A DNA stretch of 64,000 nucleotides from an uncultured delta proteobacterium (GCA_963737265.1 CAVTRY010000021.1:160001-224000), one strand, 5' to 3'; positions 29,705 through 40,393 are shown, numbered from the stretch's first letter. Numbers and translations: made by a program. The notes: a model not told the origin generated them from the letters alone.

Positions 29705-30480
29705 CCGCGGCATCCGCCGATTTTCCCCCAGCCACGCATGCCGCAATCGCATCGAGCTCGATCCTCGCCGGCAGTGGAAGTCCGCGGAGTTCCGTTGCGC
29801 TGACCTGCGTGTTGCCGCTCGAAATCCGAAAGTAGGCATCGATCAGATCCGAGCTAAGAAATGCGGCTAGTCCGATCGCCTCTGACGAGGTTATTTCTCC
29901 GCGCGGACGATGAATGAAGTTCACGTGATTTTCGAGGCCAAGGACATCACCTGGAAGACTTCCAGCGAGGTAAGGGCCCGCCACCAGGCGCCGGACGTCT
30001 TCCTTGGCTGAAAAACGACGAATGAGTATGTACGTGCGGTTCGCAACGAGGAGCTTAGGTCCCGCGCTCCGTTCGATGTGTTCGGGCTTGCGGAAGCCGC
30101 CATCAAGCGGCCAGGTCACGAGACCTGCGCGCACGTGCTGAAGCCAGAGTAGCGGCACTGTGCTGGCGGAAGACGTCTCACGCATGAACTCTTCGGCGCG
30201 AAACGGCACGACCGGTCCGGTCGACACGTCGAGCCTCATCGAAGCCAACGATCCAGTCCATCCTTCGACCAGGTCCATGACCCGAATGTCATGGTCGTTG
30301 GACGGCAAGAACACGGACGAATCGCGTGCCTCGGCAATTACTCGAGAGCGGGGCACAACCTGAATCGCTCGTTCGCCAAGGTCCGCCTCACCTTGTGACG
30401 ACGAAATCGTGACTGACTCGCTCGAACACCTGGGTCTTGGTGTAAATCACGATGATGTTCTCTTGGAGCACGCCGTCTTC
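29670..30480 (-). pseudogene. 3' remnant of BsuBI/PstI-type N6-adenine methyltransferase
   Basis: [10 protein letters not shown] (30480-30450), frameshift, then VSTGPVV.FR, RRFSAKE..RRL, ENHVN, FRISSGNTQVSATELR. The catalytic N-terminal half is absent. Confidence 0.75.
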
Positions 30481-31708
30481 ACCCCGCCATCTTCTGAATT
30501 CGCTCCACCGCTTCCTCCACGTTCTCGCGGAAACCGAACGCCGACAGCCTGAAATACCCTTCGCCGCAGCTACCGAAGCCGGAACCGGGCGTACCGACGA
30601 CGTTGGCTTCGCCGAGCAGGCGGTCGAAGAACTGCCACGATGTCAAGCCCTCGGGCACGCGCAGCCAGATGTAGGGGGCGTTCTGCCCGCCGAACGCGCG
30701 GTAGCCGGCCTTGGTGAGGCCGTCACGGATGATGCGCGCGTTTTCCATGTAGTAGGCGACGTTGGCGCCGACGGCGGCGGCGCCTTCGGGGCTGAAGGTG
30801 GCGGCGGCGGCGCGCTGGATGGGGTAGCTCACGCCGTTGAACTTGGTGGTGTGGCGGCGATTCCACAGGCCGTGCAGAGGCACGGGCAAGCCTTTGTCGT
30901 CGCGGGCAGTGAGATCCTTGGGAATCACGGTGAATGCGCAGCGGGTGCCAGTGAAGCCCGCGGTCTTGGAGAAGCTGCGGAACTCGATGGCCACGTCGCG
31001 CGCACCGGGGATCTCGAAGATGCTGTGAAGCAGACCGGGCTCGCGGATAAACGCCTCGTAGGCGGCGTCGAATAGGATGATGGCGCCTTCCCGCTTGGCG
31101 TAGGCGACCCACCGTTCGAGCGATGCCCGTGGCATCACGGCCCCGGTCGGATTGTTGGGCGAGCACAGGTAGATGAGATCCACGTGCCCGGCGGGCAAGG
31201 CCGGGTCGAAATTGTTTTCCGCGGTGGTGGGCAGGTAGACCAGCTTGGCGTAGCGTCCGCAGCCGTCCGCGCTGCCAGTGCGCCCGGCCATGACATTGGT
31301 ATCGACGTAAACCGGATAGACCGGGTCGGTCACCGCCACCACGTTGTCGATGGCGAAGATTTCTTGGATGTTGGCGGTGTCGCACTTCGAGCCGTCCGAC
31401 ACGAAGATTTCGTCGCCCTCGACGTTCGCGCCCTGGGCGCGAACGTGTCCGGCAATGGCATCGCGAAGAAAATCGTAACCCTGCTCGGGGCCGTAGCCGC
31501 GGAACGTTTCCCGGCGCGCCATCTCGTCTGCGCCGGCCTTGAGCGCGTCGACAATCGGCGCCGGCAGCGGCAGCGCCACGTCGCCGATTCCCAGGCGGAT
31601 GATGCGCGCGGATGGGTGCGCCACCGAGAAAGCCCGCACGCGCTTGCCGATTTCCGGGAATAAATAGCCGGCTTGAAGTTTCTGGTAGTGGGTGTTGATC
31701 GTCGCCAT
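30479..31708 (-). CDS. dapL: LL-diaminopimelate aminotransferase
   Basis: [66 protein letters not shown]. Confidence 0.95.
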   Translation of the reverse strand: MATINTHYQKLQAGYLFPEIGKRVRAFSVAHPSARIIRLGIGDVALPLPAPIVDALKAGADEMARRETFRGYGPEQGYDFLRDAIAGHVRAQGANVEGDEIFVSDGSKCDTANIQEIFAIDNVVAVTDPVYPVYVDTNVMAGRTGSADGCGRYAKLVYLPTTAENNFDPALPAGHVDLIYLCSPNNPTGAVMPRASLERWVAYAKREGAIILFDAAYEAFIREPGLLHSIFEIPGARDVAIEFRSFSKTAGFTGTRCAFTVIPKDLTARDDKGLPVPLHGLWNRRHTTKFNGVSYPIQRAAAATFSPEGAAAVGANVAYYMENARIIRDGLTKAGYRAFGGQNAPYIWLRVPEGLTSWQFFDRLLGEANVVGTPGSGFGSCGEGYFRLSAFGFRENVEEAVERIQKMAG

Positions 31709-31767
31709 GGGGAGCAACCATAGCGCTTTCCTTGCCAACGAGAAACAGTCAGACTGTCGAAGAAATC

Positions 31768-33507
31768 ATGGCAGCAAAATTCAAGCTCGTGCTTCCCCTG
31801 TTCCTTGTCGGCACCGTCGCTGGCAGCCCCATCGGCGCGGCCGGCGCGGATCCTGGTAAAAAACCCAAAGACGCAAAAGACCACCGCCTGGTCGTGCTCG
31901 GCGCGCTCAAGGATGAGCTTGTGCGCTCGAAGCAGAAGTTGCTCATGACCGGCGAAGACGGGCCGTACTTCATCCGCTACCTCGTGCGCGAGTACGACGA
32001 CTATGACTTGAGCGCCCGTTTCGGCGCCCTCTTCGAGGACAGCTACCAGCATGTGCGCCAGGGCGCGGTCGAGGTGCGCGTGGGCAGCTACCAGTTCGAC
32101 AACACCGCCGACGATTCGTCCGAGAAGGCCTTCGACATCGACGACTTCGACCGCTACGAGCCGCCCATGTTTGCGCCCGTGGACGACAACGTGGATGCCA
32201 TCCGCGCCACCATGTGGCTGCAAACCGACGCGCGCTATAAACAGGCGCTGGCGGCCCTGCACAAAAAGCGCGGCTCGCGCGTGACCAAGATGGTCGAGGA
32301 CGAAAAGATGCCGAGCTTTTCGCGCGAGAAGCCCGCGCGCGCGGTGGATCCGCCGATCGTCTTGAAACTAGACCGCGCCGCCTGGGCCGACCGTCTGCGC
32401 CGCATTTCCGCCTTGTTCAAGGCGAATCCCGAGATTTTCGACTCGCAGGTTAAGCTGTCGGTCGACCACCAGACGCGCACCATCGTGACCAGCGAGGGAA
32501 CCGAGCTGGTGAACGAGCGCTTGATCTATTCGCTCCAGCTGCTCGCGACCGGTCGCGCGCCCGACGGGCTGCTGGTCAACCACTTCAAGAGCTTCTACGG
32601 CGCCACCGAGGCGGAGATGCCCGACGAAGCCGCGCTGCGGCGCACGGCGGCCCAGCTTGCCGACGAGGTCAAGCGCCTGCGCCAGGCGGCCATGCTGGAT
32701 CCGTTCAACGGCCCGGCGATCCTCTTGCCCGAAGCCGCGGGCGTATTTTTCCACGAGGCGCTTGGCCATCGCCTGGAAGGCGAGCGGCAGAACGACAACA
32801 AAGAAGGCGCGACCTTCAAGGGCCAAATCGGCAAGCCCATCCTGCCCACCTTTGTCAGCGTGCTCGACGATCCCACGCTGGCCAAGGTGGACGGCGTGTC
32901 GCTCAACGGACACTACGGCTACGACGACGAAGGCGTGGTGGCGCGGCCGGTGACCCTGGTGGATCACGGGGTTTTGCGCAACTACCTCAAGAGTCGCACG
33001 CCGGTGAAAGGCTCGCTCGAATCCAACGGCCACGGTCGCTCCGAAGGCACGCTCGATCCTATCGGTCGCATGGCCAATACCATCGTTCGCCTGGACAAGG
33101 TGGTGACGTACGCCAAGCTAAAGGAAATGTTGCTGGAAGAGATCCGCCGGCAAAAGAAGGCGTTCGGCCTCATCATCGCCGACATCAGCGGCGGCCAGAC
33201 CAACACCACCACCTACGATTTCCAGGCCTTCAAGGGCATGCCGCGCATCGTGTACCGGGTCGACGCCACCACCGGCGAGGAAACCCTGGTTCGCGGCGTC
33301 GAGTTCGTGGGCACGCCCATCGGCTCGCTCAACCGCATCGTCGCCGCGTCCGACCAGACCGCCGTCTTCAACGGCTTCTGCGGCGCCGAATCGGGCTACG
33401 TCCCCGTTTCCACCGTTGCCCCCGCCGTGCTCATCAGCGAAATCGAATTGCAGCGCACCCGTCGGGCGCTGGAGAGACCGCCGATCTTGCCGGCGCCTTG
33501 GCGGTAG
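31768..33507 (+). CDS. TldD/PmbA family metalloprotease with N-terminal signal peptide
   Basis: GVFFHEALGHRLEG, DDPT, YDDEGV, NGHGR, CGAESGYVPVS. Confidence 0.85.
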   Translation: MAAKFKLVLPLFLVGTVAGSPIGAAGADPGKKPKDAKDHRLVVLGALKDELVRSKQKLLMTGEDGPYFIRYLVREYDDYDLSARFGALFEDSYQHVRQGAVEVRVGSYQFDNTADDSSEKAFDIDDFDRYEPPMFAPVDDNVDAIRATMWLQTDARYKQALAALHKKRGSRVTKMVEDEKMPSFSREKPARAVDPPIVLKLDRAAWADRLRRISALFKANPEIFDSQVKLSVDHQTRTIVTSEGTELVNERLIYSLQLLATGRAPDGLLVNHFKSFYGATEAEMPDEAALRRTAAQLADEVKRLRQAAMLDPFNGPAILLPEAAGVFFHEALGHRLEGERQNDNKEGATFKGQIGKPILPTFVSVLDDPTLAKVDGVSLNGHYGYDDEGVVARPVTLVDHGVLRNYLKSRTPVKGSLESNGHGRSEGTLDPIGRMANTIVRLDKVVTYAKLKEMLLEEIRRQKKAFGLIIADISGGQTNTTTYDFQAFKGMPRIVYRVDATTGEETLVRGVEFVGTPIGSLNRIVAASDQTAVFNGFCGAESGYVPVSTVAPAVLISEIELQRTRRALERPPILPAPWR

Positions 33508-33513
33508 CCAGCC

Positions 33514-34299
33514 ATGAACGACGACTTCCTCCATCGAACGGTTCCCGTGCTGGGCAAACGCGTGCATCGCTACGCCCTGTCCGCGTCCTATGGGCTCGAC
33601 GAGGCGGGGATGCGCGAGGGACTTGACCGGGGCGCCAACTACATCTTCTGGAGCCCGGCAAAGAAGTTTCTCAAGACCATCATCAAGGACGTCGTCGCCC
33701 CCAACCGCGAGCGCTACGTCCTCGCCACCGGTCCCATCCTGGGCTATTTCGCCGGCTCGGTCCGCCGCGCCACCGAAAAGGCACTGCGCGCCAGCGGCTG
33801 CGACTACCTCGACATCTTGCAGGTGTTCTGGGTCAACCGCATGTCCCTCCTTTCCAAGTCAGTGCTCGCCGAGATGGTGAAGCTGCGCGACGAGGGCAAA
33901 GTGCGCGCCATCGGAATTTCGATCCACGACCGCAAGCTCGCCGGCCGTCTTGCCGAAGAAGGCCCGCTGTCCATGTTCATGATCCGCTACAACGCCGCCC
34001 ATCCCGGCGCCGAGATCGACATCTTTCCCCACCTCGAACGGCGCAAACCCATGGTCGTCGCCTACACCGCCACCTCCTGGCGCAAGCTCTTGCGCGCACC
34101 CAAAAGCTGGACCGGCAAGGTGGCGACGCCCGGCGACTGCTACCGCTTTTGCCTCTCGAACCCGCACGTCGACGCCGTCCTGTCCGCGCCCAAGACCGTC
34201 GAGCAGTTGCGTGAAAACCTAGCCGCCCTGGACAAGGGCCCGCTGTCCGACGACGAGATGACCTGGATGCGCGCCTTCGGCCGCGCCGCGCACGGGTGA
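33514..34299 (+). CDS. Aldo/keto reductase family protein
   Basis: DYLDI, GKVRAIGISIHDR, RYNAAH, YRFCLSNPHVD, QLRENL. Confidence 0.85.
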   Translation: MNDDFLHRTVPVLGKRVHRYALSASYGLDEAGMREGLDRGANYIFWSPAKKFLKTIIKDVVAPNRERYVLATGPILGYFAGSVRRATEKALRASGCDYLDILQVFWVNRMSLLSKSVLAEMVKLRDEGKVRAIGISIHDRKLAGRLAEEGPLSMFMIRYNAAHPGAEIDIFPHLERRKPMVVAYTATSWRKLLRAPKSWTGKVATPGDCYRFCLSNPHVDAVLSAPKTVEQLRENLAALDKGPLSDDEMTWMRAFGRAAHG

Positions 34300-34462
34300 G
34301 ATAATCTGCGCGAAGTAAGACCCACGACCGGCGCCTGAAGCTGCCGCCGAAGAAAGACCGATCCAGGTCGGCAGTGTAGGAACAGCGCCGCGCCAAACTC
34401 GACAGCATTCCACCAAGCTGTTACCCTGAGATCCGATTCCAGCAGTCGATGTGCCGAGCCCG

Positions 34463-35794
34463 ATGGAAATCGCGAATCCTGACGTAGCCGAGACAAGGCG
34501 GCCCACCGCCATCGACATCCGCCGCGAGGCACGGGTTGACCGACGAGCCGCGATTGCCCTAACGGCGATCGTTGTCGCCTACTTGGCGGCCATTGGGTAC
34601 CTCGCTTCGACTGGACGCTTTGTGTTCGTCTGGAAAACCACGACCGTCCCGGCGCTCTTTCTCGTCGCGCTGGTTACTCGACGCCTCGCTCCCTTTGTCA
34701 AGGATTGGGCGGTCTTCCTCGGCACCGTGGTGATCTTCGATTGCCTTCGCGGTCTAGTCTTCTCCCTCATTCTGCGCTTCCGTTTGCCCTATTATGCCGC
34801 CTACGTCATCGACGGGGACAAGCTACTGCTTGGTGGCAAGACGCTTTCAACGATTCTGCAAGACGCCCTATTCAGCGGCCGAATCGGATGGTTCGAAAAG
34901 CTCTTGGTCGTGATTCACGGCTCGCACTTCGTATTCTTCCTATTCGCCGGCATCGCGGTGTGGTTCTTTCGCCGGGCCGAGTTTTGGCGGTTCAGGCGAG
35001 CGTTCATGCTTCTGATGGTGTGCGGAATTACCGCTTACTTCCTGGTTCCCACGGTTCCGCCGTGGATGGCGGCGGCGCATTATCACCTTATCCCGCCCAT
35101 TCGCCACATCAGCTCCGAGGTCTACAACTTCGCCGTTCCGAGCCTCCAGCGCTCCTTCGACACGAACCCGATTGGGGCCATGCCGTCGCTTCACACTGCC
35201 TTTCCTTGCCTATGCACGCTTATTGCCTTCCACCATTTCGGTCGAAGGGCCATACCGCTTGCCCTCTACACGCTGTCCGTCTTGTTTGCGATCGGCTACT
35301 TGGGAGAGCACTACCTCGTCGACATCCTTGCTGGCTTGTTGCTGGCCGGCGCGATCTACCTGCTCTGCTATCGCATCTCATCGCTTTCGCGCCGCGCGGG
35401 GCCCAGCTCGGAAAGTTGGCCGTCAGGGCTTGGTGCACAGGTCGCGATCGCCGTCTTGTTGATCCTGGCCTCGGAGGGTATCGGCCGGGGCGGACAGGCC
35501 ATGCGACAGTCGCACGCAAGACTGATCCAGCGGCCTTTCGTCGAAGACAACCTGAGCGGACGAAGCGATCGTGCGCACTACCTGCTTGCCAGCATCGCAA
35601 TCCAGGACGGAAATGCCCCGGCCGCCATCCGCGAGTTGGAGCTTTCCCTGCGAGAGCTCAAGGACGCGCCTGACCGGCTCGACGCCGCCGAGATATTGCA
35701 AAAGCTTCGCGCGATGAGCGAGCAGACAACAACGCGACCTGAATCCCAGCCAATCGACCCCCAGCCAATCGCGCCCCAGCCAGTCGAACGATGA
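34463..35794 (+). CDS. PAP2/AUR1 (inositol phosphorylceramide synthase-like) membrane protein with C-terminal helical extension
   Basis: PTVPPWM, AMPSLH, HYLVDILAG. Confidence 0.78.
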   Translation: MEIANPDVAETRRPTAIDIRREARVDRRAAIALTAIVVAYLAAIGYLASTGRFVFVWKTTTVPALFLVALVTRRLAPFVKDWAVFLGTVVIFDCLRGLVFSLILRFRLPYYAAYVIDGDKLLLGGKTLSTILQDALFSGRIGWFEKLLVVIHGSHFVFFLFAGIAVWFFRRAEFWRFRRAFMLLMVCGITAYFLVPTVPPWMAAAHYHLIPPIRHISSEVYNFAVPSLQRSFDTNPIGAMPSLHTAFPCLCTLIAFHHFGRRAIPLALYTLSVLFAIGYLGEHYLVDILAGLLLAGAIYLLCYRISSLSRRAGPSSESWPSGLGAQVAIAVLLILASEGIGRGGQAMRQSHARLIQRPFVEDNLSGRSDRAHYLLASIAIQDGNAPAAIRELELSLRELKDAPDRLDAAEILQKLRAMSEQTTTRPESQPIDPQPIAPQPVER

Positions 35795-37314
35795 ACAGCG
35801 GTCCGTCATCCTTCGACGTGGTATCGGGACCGATGCGAGCGCGTACGGCTTTGCTTTTGTGCGTCGTCGGCGTTTCGCTTCCGTTCCTGATGGCGCCCTT
35901 CCCTCCTTCCACGGATCTGGCACAGCACATGGCCCAAGTCCGACTGGCCGGCGACGTGCTCTCCGGCCGGGCGCCGGAGATGGCCATTGCCTGGCTGGCC
36001 CCCAACAATCTCGCCTACGCGATTCTTGGTGCACTCTCGGCCGTCATGCCGCCGACTACGGCGGCACGCGTGGGACTGTGGCTCCTGGTGCTGTCGTGGG
36101 CACTGGCATCGCTCGCGCTCGCCGTCAGGCGTGGGCGCGATCCGCTGCTCGGAGTCACCGCATCTGTCCTCGCCTTCCAGGCGTCAGTCTATTGGGGCTT
36201 CCTGAACTTTCTTGTGGGCTGGCCGGTTTTCGTGGTGTGGCTGCAACTGACCGGCACGCCGGCACGGACGAGCAAGCGTTGGCGACACTACCTAGCGCTC
36301 GTAGCGGTAGGCTTGCTTCTCTACAGTGCCCACATCCTGTGGTTTGTGCTGGGTGGTGTCTGGGTCTTACTCGTTGGAACGCTCATACGCCCGCCACGCG
36401 TGACTTGGTTGCTCCAGCTCGGCAGCATGGTTCCAGGTGCGCTGTTGGCGTCTGTCTGGTACCCGCAGCTCGTGCAACATCGAGCCCAGTTCGAGACCGG
36501 CGCACTCTGGCGCTCCGATTGGTGGCAACGCTTGCAACCGATGGAATTACTCAAAACCATCATGGGCGGCCCCGCCGGTCCCAGTCCCGCGGCCATGGGC
36601 GGGGCGCTTGCCTTCTGGGTCCTGATGGTGTTGATCACACGCTGGGGCGAAGTGCGCCGCCATTCGGACCGAGCTCTGCTGCTCGCGGCGGCCATGCTGG
36701 GTCTTCTCGCTCTCGTCGCGCCTGACAAGTACATGAACACCATCTACTTCGCCCAGCGATGGGCACCTTGTTCGGCAGCGTTGTTGCTGGTGGGCCTGCC
36801 TGTGCCCAGGCTGCCTTTCCGCGCCGCTTTCTCCGCCGGGATACTCGGCGCCGTTTGCATGGCAACCTGCCTGGCATGGCATTCATTCTCGACAGTGGAG
36901 ATGACCGGCTTTCGCGCCGCGCTGGATGCCTCGCCGCCGAACGCGCGCGTGTTGGGACTGGATATGGTTGGCGAAAGTGACTTCGTCGGCGGGCGACCCT
37001 TCATGCAAATGATGGCGTACCTGCAGGCCGAAAAGGGCGGTTCACTCAACTTCTCGTTTGCAGAGCACGGTTCGAGTCTGGTGTCGTATCGGGCGCCGCG
37101 CGAGCGCAGTTGGAATCCGACGCTCGTGTGGCATGCCGAACGAGCACAGATGGCTGACATACTCGCGTTCGACATCGTTCTCATGAATGCGGTGCCGCGG
37201 GACCACCAAGATTTTCGGGAACACGCGCCCGTCCTGCCGATTACGAAAACGGGGCGGTGGCGGCTCTACTCCGTTCGACGGGCGAAGGTTGAGCAAGAAC
37301 CAGAGTCGCGATGA
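35791..37314 (+). CDS. Polytopic membrane protein, possible GT-C-fold glycosyltransferase
   Basis: Many TM segments; P..DL.QH and WGFLNF motifs; soluble C-terminal domain. Confidence 0.55.
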   Translation: MNSGPSSFDVVSGPMRARTALLLCVVGVSLPFLMAPFPPSTDLAQHMAQVRLAGDVLSGRAPEMAIAWLAPNNLAYAILGALSAVMPPTTAARVGLWLLVLSWALASLALAVRRGRDPLLGVTASVLAFQASVYWGFLNFLVGWPVFVVWLQLTGTPARTSKRWRHYLALVAVGLLLYSAHILWFVLGGVWVLLVGTLIRPPRVTWLLQLGSMVPGALLASVWYPQLVQHRAQFETGALWRSDWWQRLQPMELLKTIMGGPAGPSPAAMGGALAFWVLMVLITRWGEVRRHSDRALLLAAAMLGLLALVAPDKYMNTIYFAQRWAPCSAALLLVGLPVPRLPFRAAFSAGILGAVCMATCLAWHSFSTVEMTGFRAALDASPPNARVLGLDMVGESDFVGGRPFMQMMAYLQAEKGGSLNFSFAEHGSSLVSYRAPRERSWNPTLVWHAERAQMADILAFDIVLMNAVPRDHQDFREHAPVLPITKTGRWRLYSVRRAKVEQEPESR

Positions 37315-39445
37315 GGCCCAGGACCGAGAGCAGGAGGCCAATCCACAGCCCCGGGGTCCGAAATTGTTCGTCGATCACGTGCTCACCAGGATCAAGGTAG
37401 ATCCCGCGCATGGCGATCTGTGCATGAACGATGGAAGTCGGTCGGCCGTCCACGGTGGCCTGCCAGCCCGGACTCCAGGCCTCGGACTGGACCAGCAGCG
37501 CCGGACCGCCCTCCACACTGCAGCGCAGACGCACATGCTCCGGCGCGAACAGTTCGTGTATGCACTCGCCCCGTGCCGAGCCGTCAAGCTCGACCGCCCC
37601 CTCGCCGGGTGCCACCAGCGCCTCTGCCTCGGCCGCGAACCCAGATGAACCGAGAAGCGCGATGGCCGTGGCATCGTCCACCACGCGCGCCCTGCCCATC
37701 ACACGTGTCCGGCCAGTCGGCGTCCGGTGGAACAGCATGGCGCCCTCGCCGAGTGAGGCGACAGCCTGCAGCCCTGGCACGGCACCTGGCACGGCAGTGG
37801 TCGGAAGTACCAGCCACTCGACATCGAACAGCGCAGCCGCGCGTTGGGCCTGACCGACCAGCGCGTCCCAAACCTGGCGCTGCTTGCCAGGGCGGCCCGG
37901 ATCGAAACCAGGCAGATGCGCGATTCCCCACGGACTGCCAAGATTGTCTGGCAACGTAGCCAGGGAGCCATCGAGCGTGGGCGTGTAGTAAAGCCGCGGC
38001 GGCGGCGCCCCTTTCATGGGCATGCTCATGTGCGCGGGAGGCTCGCGCAGTTGGCTGGCGTCGGCCCAAGTCAAGTAGGTCGAGGCAGCGCTGGCGAGAT
38101 CCATCAGGACCAACGGGAGTATCAGCCACACGGCGGCTGGTCTGCGCCGAGCCAAAACCAGTACGCCCGCCAGCGCGCCGCCGATGAAGATCACCCGCGA
38201 CGCGCCCGCGCTCGGGTCGCCCGATACCAGCGCGCCAACCAGAGCAGCGACGAGCAACCCGACGACGGCGATCGACGGAAGGCGCAGGTTCCCGGTGTCT
38301 CGGCTCGCCAGCACACGCTCTGCGCCCATGGCTCCGAGCAATGCAAGGCATGCGGTCACGACCAGGAGGTGTTTCTCCGGGTAGCGCATGTAGCCGAGTG
38401 GCGGAAAAATAGCGCGCAGAACGCCGTGCACGGGCGTATGCCGCCCGAAGGCTGCCACCAGCGCCAACGCCGCCAGCACGAGCAAAGCGCTGGTGATCCG
38501 CCGTCGCCCCGCGAACGGCGCGCATAACACCACGCCCAGGCCCAAATAGGCCGAGGTGATGAGCCTGTCGGCGTGCGCGGGGTTGCTGGACGGCAGCAGG
38601 AGCTCGATCACCCGCGCAGGGAAGAACGACCACCGCTCGGCGGCTTCAAGAGCCAGTCCCCCCGAGCGTTCGGAGGCCCCGAGCAGATACAACGCTGGAA
38701 CCAGCGCCACAGCGGCCAGCAGACCAGCCAGGATCAATGCGACGAAGGTCCGCAACAGCAGCCGGCGCAGGACTGGCCAGGTATTCTCACTCTCGGAGCC
38801 TTTCGCCCAGCCCAGGACCAATCCCAGCACGGCTGCGTGCAGCCAGATGAATGGATCGCCTGCCAAAGCAATGAGAGCGAACGCCGCCGCGGTTCCGGCT
38901 AAGACTCGGCGCCGCGATTCGCGCTCCGCGAGCAGCACCAGCCCCAGCGCGGCCCACGGTACCCAGGCACAGGTCAGGACCTTTTCGCCCGCGCTCCACA
39001 GGGACGTGGCGAAACCGCCCATTTGCCAGACAAACCCCGAGGCCGCCGCGACCGGCGCCCGGCAGCCAAGCCGTCTGGCCAACGCATAGCCACCCAAACC
39101 AGCCAGCAACGCATGAGCCAGCCAGAGCAGACACATCGCCAGCACCGGAGGTCCCAAAAGAAGCAGAAGGTTCGGAGGATAGAACGTGCCGTGGACGGGC
39201 GCACCCAGCGTTGCCGCGCCCAGGCCCACAAACGGATTCCACTGCGGCAGCCGCCCATCGAGAATGGCGGCCCGCCACAGAGCCCGCGCCGGCCATGCGA
39301 AACGCGGAAAGTCGCGCATGTCGGGCGCCCGGTCCAATAGGATCGGAAAAAACAGGACCAGGGGCGCGACGACCAGCGCGCCGCAAGCCCACCGAGCGCC
39401 GTCTCCTGGACCAAAACGCCGTACCACAACGGAGGAGTTGGTCAT
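37241..39445 (-). CDS. YfhO-family membrane protein (GT-C)
   Basis: GRLPQWNPF.GLG..G..YPPN, RYPEK, PGWQATVDG...RGIYL.PGEH.I...FR.PG. Confidence 0.82.
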   Translation of the reverse strand: MTNSSVVVRRFGPGDGARWACGALVVAPLVLFFPILLDRAPDMRDFPRFAWPARALWRAAILDGRLPQWNPFVGLGAATLGAPVHGTFYPPNLLLLLGPPVLAMCLLWLAHALLAGLGGYALARRLGCRAPVAAASGFVWQMGGFATSLWSAGEKVLTCAWVPWAALGLVLLAERESRRRVLAGTAAAFALIALAGDPFIWLHAAVLGLVLGWAKGSESENTWPVLRRLLLRTFVALILAGLLAAVALVPALYLLGASERSGGLALEAAERWSFFPARVIELLLPSSNPAHADRLITSAYLGLGVVLCAPFAGRRRITSALLVLAALALVAAFGRHTPVHGVLRAIFPPLGYMRYPEKHLLVVTACLALLGAMGAERVLASRDTGNLRLPSIAVVGLLVAALVGALVSGDPSAGASRVIFIGGALAGVLVLARRRPAAVWLILPLVLMDLASAASTYLTWADASQLREPPAHMSMPMKGAPPPRLYYTPTLDGSLATLPDNLGSPWGIAHLPGFDPGRPGKQRQVWDALVGQAQRAAALFDVEWLVLPTTAVPGAVPGLQAVASLGEGAMLFHRTPTGRTRVMGRARVVDDATAIALLGSSGFAAEAEALVAPGEGAVELDGSARGECIHELFAPEHVRLRCSVEGGPALLVQSEAWSPGWQATVDGRPTSIVHAQIAMRGIYLDPGEHVIDEQFRTPGLWIGLLLSVLGLIATLVLAQPSPVERSRAATAPFS

Positions 39446-39572
39446 TAGCAATTGTACTCGATATCTAGGTCTGGATGTTCACGCTGAAAGCATTGCGGCA
39501 GCTATCGCCGAAGGGCGCGGACAGATCCGTGGCCTCGGCAAGTTTCCCAACCGGCCCGAGGCCGTCCGCAAG
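39431..39572 (+). mobile_element. IS110-family transposase N-terminal remnant
   Basis: GGAGGAG, then (I)SNCTRYLGLDVHAESIAAAIAEGRGQIRGLGKFPNRPEAVRK. The start codon appears mutated to ATT; truncated. Confidence 0.7.
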
Positions 39573-39761
39573 CCCATTGAGCATCGTCCCGATCACCCCG
39601 CCGCTCGAAAAGTCGACCTGCTTTGCCCATGGAGAGAAGAGGACACCGTGACGCAGGCTCTGCAGGAGTACGTCCAGCGCCTTTGTCGTGAAGCAGCGCT
39701 CGGCCGGCCGCGGCCCGTTGAGCGCTGCAACGGCTTGTTCGACCGCGTCCGAACGGAGGAC

Positions 39762-39796
39762 TGGACATAATATACAACTGGTCATATATTCTGGTT
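39762..39796 (+). promoter_or_regulatory. Leaderless-type promoter of TA operon with CTGG(A/T)CATA direct repeats
   Basis: TGGACA-17 bp-TATATT, 6 nt before ATG 39797. Confidence 0.55.
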
Positions 39797-40015
39797 ATGA
39801 AGACGCTGGCAGCCGCAAAATTCAAGGAGCAGTGCCTTTCGATCCTCGATCACCTTGAGCCGGATGGACTCGTGATCACGAAGCACGGCAAGCCCGTCGC
39901 GCGAATCCTCCCTGCCGAGCGAGCCTCGGCTGATCTTATCGGCGCTTTTCGCGGTCGCATCCGAGTGAAGGGTGACATCCAGTCGACAGGAGTCGCCTGG
40001 GAAGCCCATGGTTAA
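39797..40015 (+). CDS. Phd/YefM family antitoxin
   Basis: MKTLAAAKFKEQCLSILD..LVITKHGKPVARILP. Confidence 0.9.
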   Translation: MKTLAAAKFKEQCLSILDHLEPDGLVITKHGKPVARILPAERASADLIGAFRGRIRVKGDIQSTGVAWEAHG

Positions 40016-40367
40016 CGTCGACACGCACATCCTCGTTTTCGCCTTGACGGGCCAAGTAACCGAGAGGGAGCGTCGAGTTCTGGCATCGAATACCTGGACC
40101 GTATCCGCGATTGTCCTCTGGGAACTCGCCAAACTCGCGCAACTTGGTCGAATTGATATCGACCTTGACGATGCGGATCTCACGAGAACTCTTTCCAGCA
40201 TTCACGTCTGGCCTATCGACCTTACCGTAAGCATTCAGTCGACCAGGCTCGATTTCAAAAGCGATCCTGCGGATGAACTGATTGCGGCAACCAGCATCGT
40301 CCACCAAATCCCACTTCTAACTCGGGACCGCCGGATCCGCGGTTCTCGTCTCGTCAAGTTCGCTTGA
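40008..40367 (+). CDS. vapC: VapC PIN-domain toxin
   Basis: VDTHIL, SAIVLWE, DPADELIAAT, LLTRD. Confidence 0.9.
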   Translation: MVNVDTHILVFALTGQVTERERRVLASNTWTVSAIVLWELAKLAQLGRIDIDLDDADLTRTLSSIHVWPIDLTVSIQSTRLDFKSDPADELIAATSIVHQIPLLTRDRRIRGSRLVKFA

Positions 40368-40393
40368 ACCTGCATCCGTCGAACGCCTTGCCG

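Noticed and set aside
35745-35786. 15-bp x3 repeat (QPIDP/QPIAP/QPVER)
   Set aside because: Ordinary low-complexity C-terminal tail.
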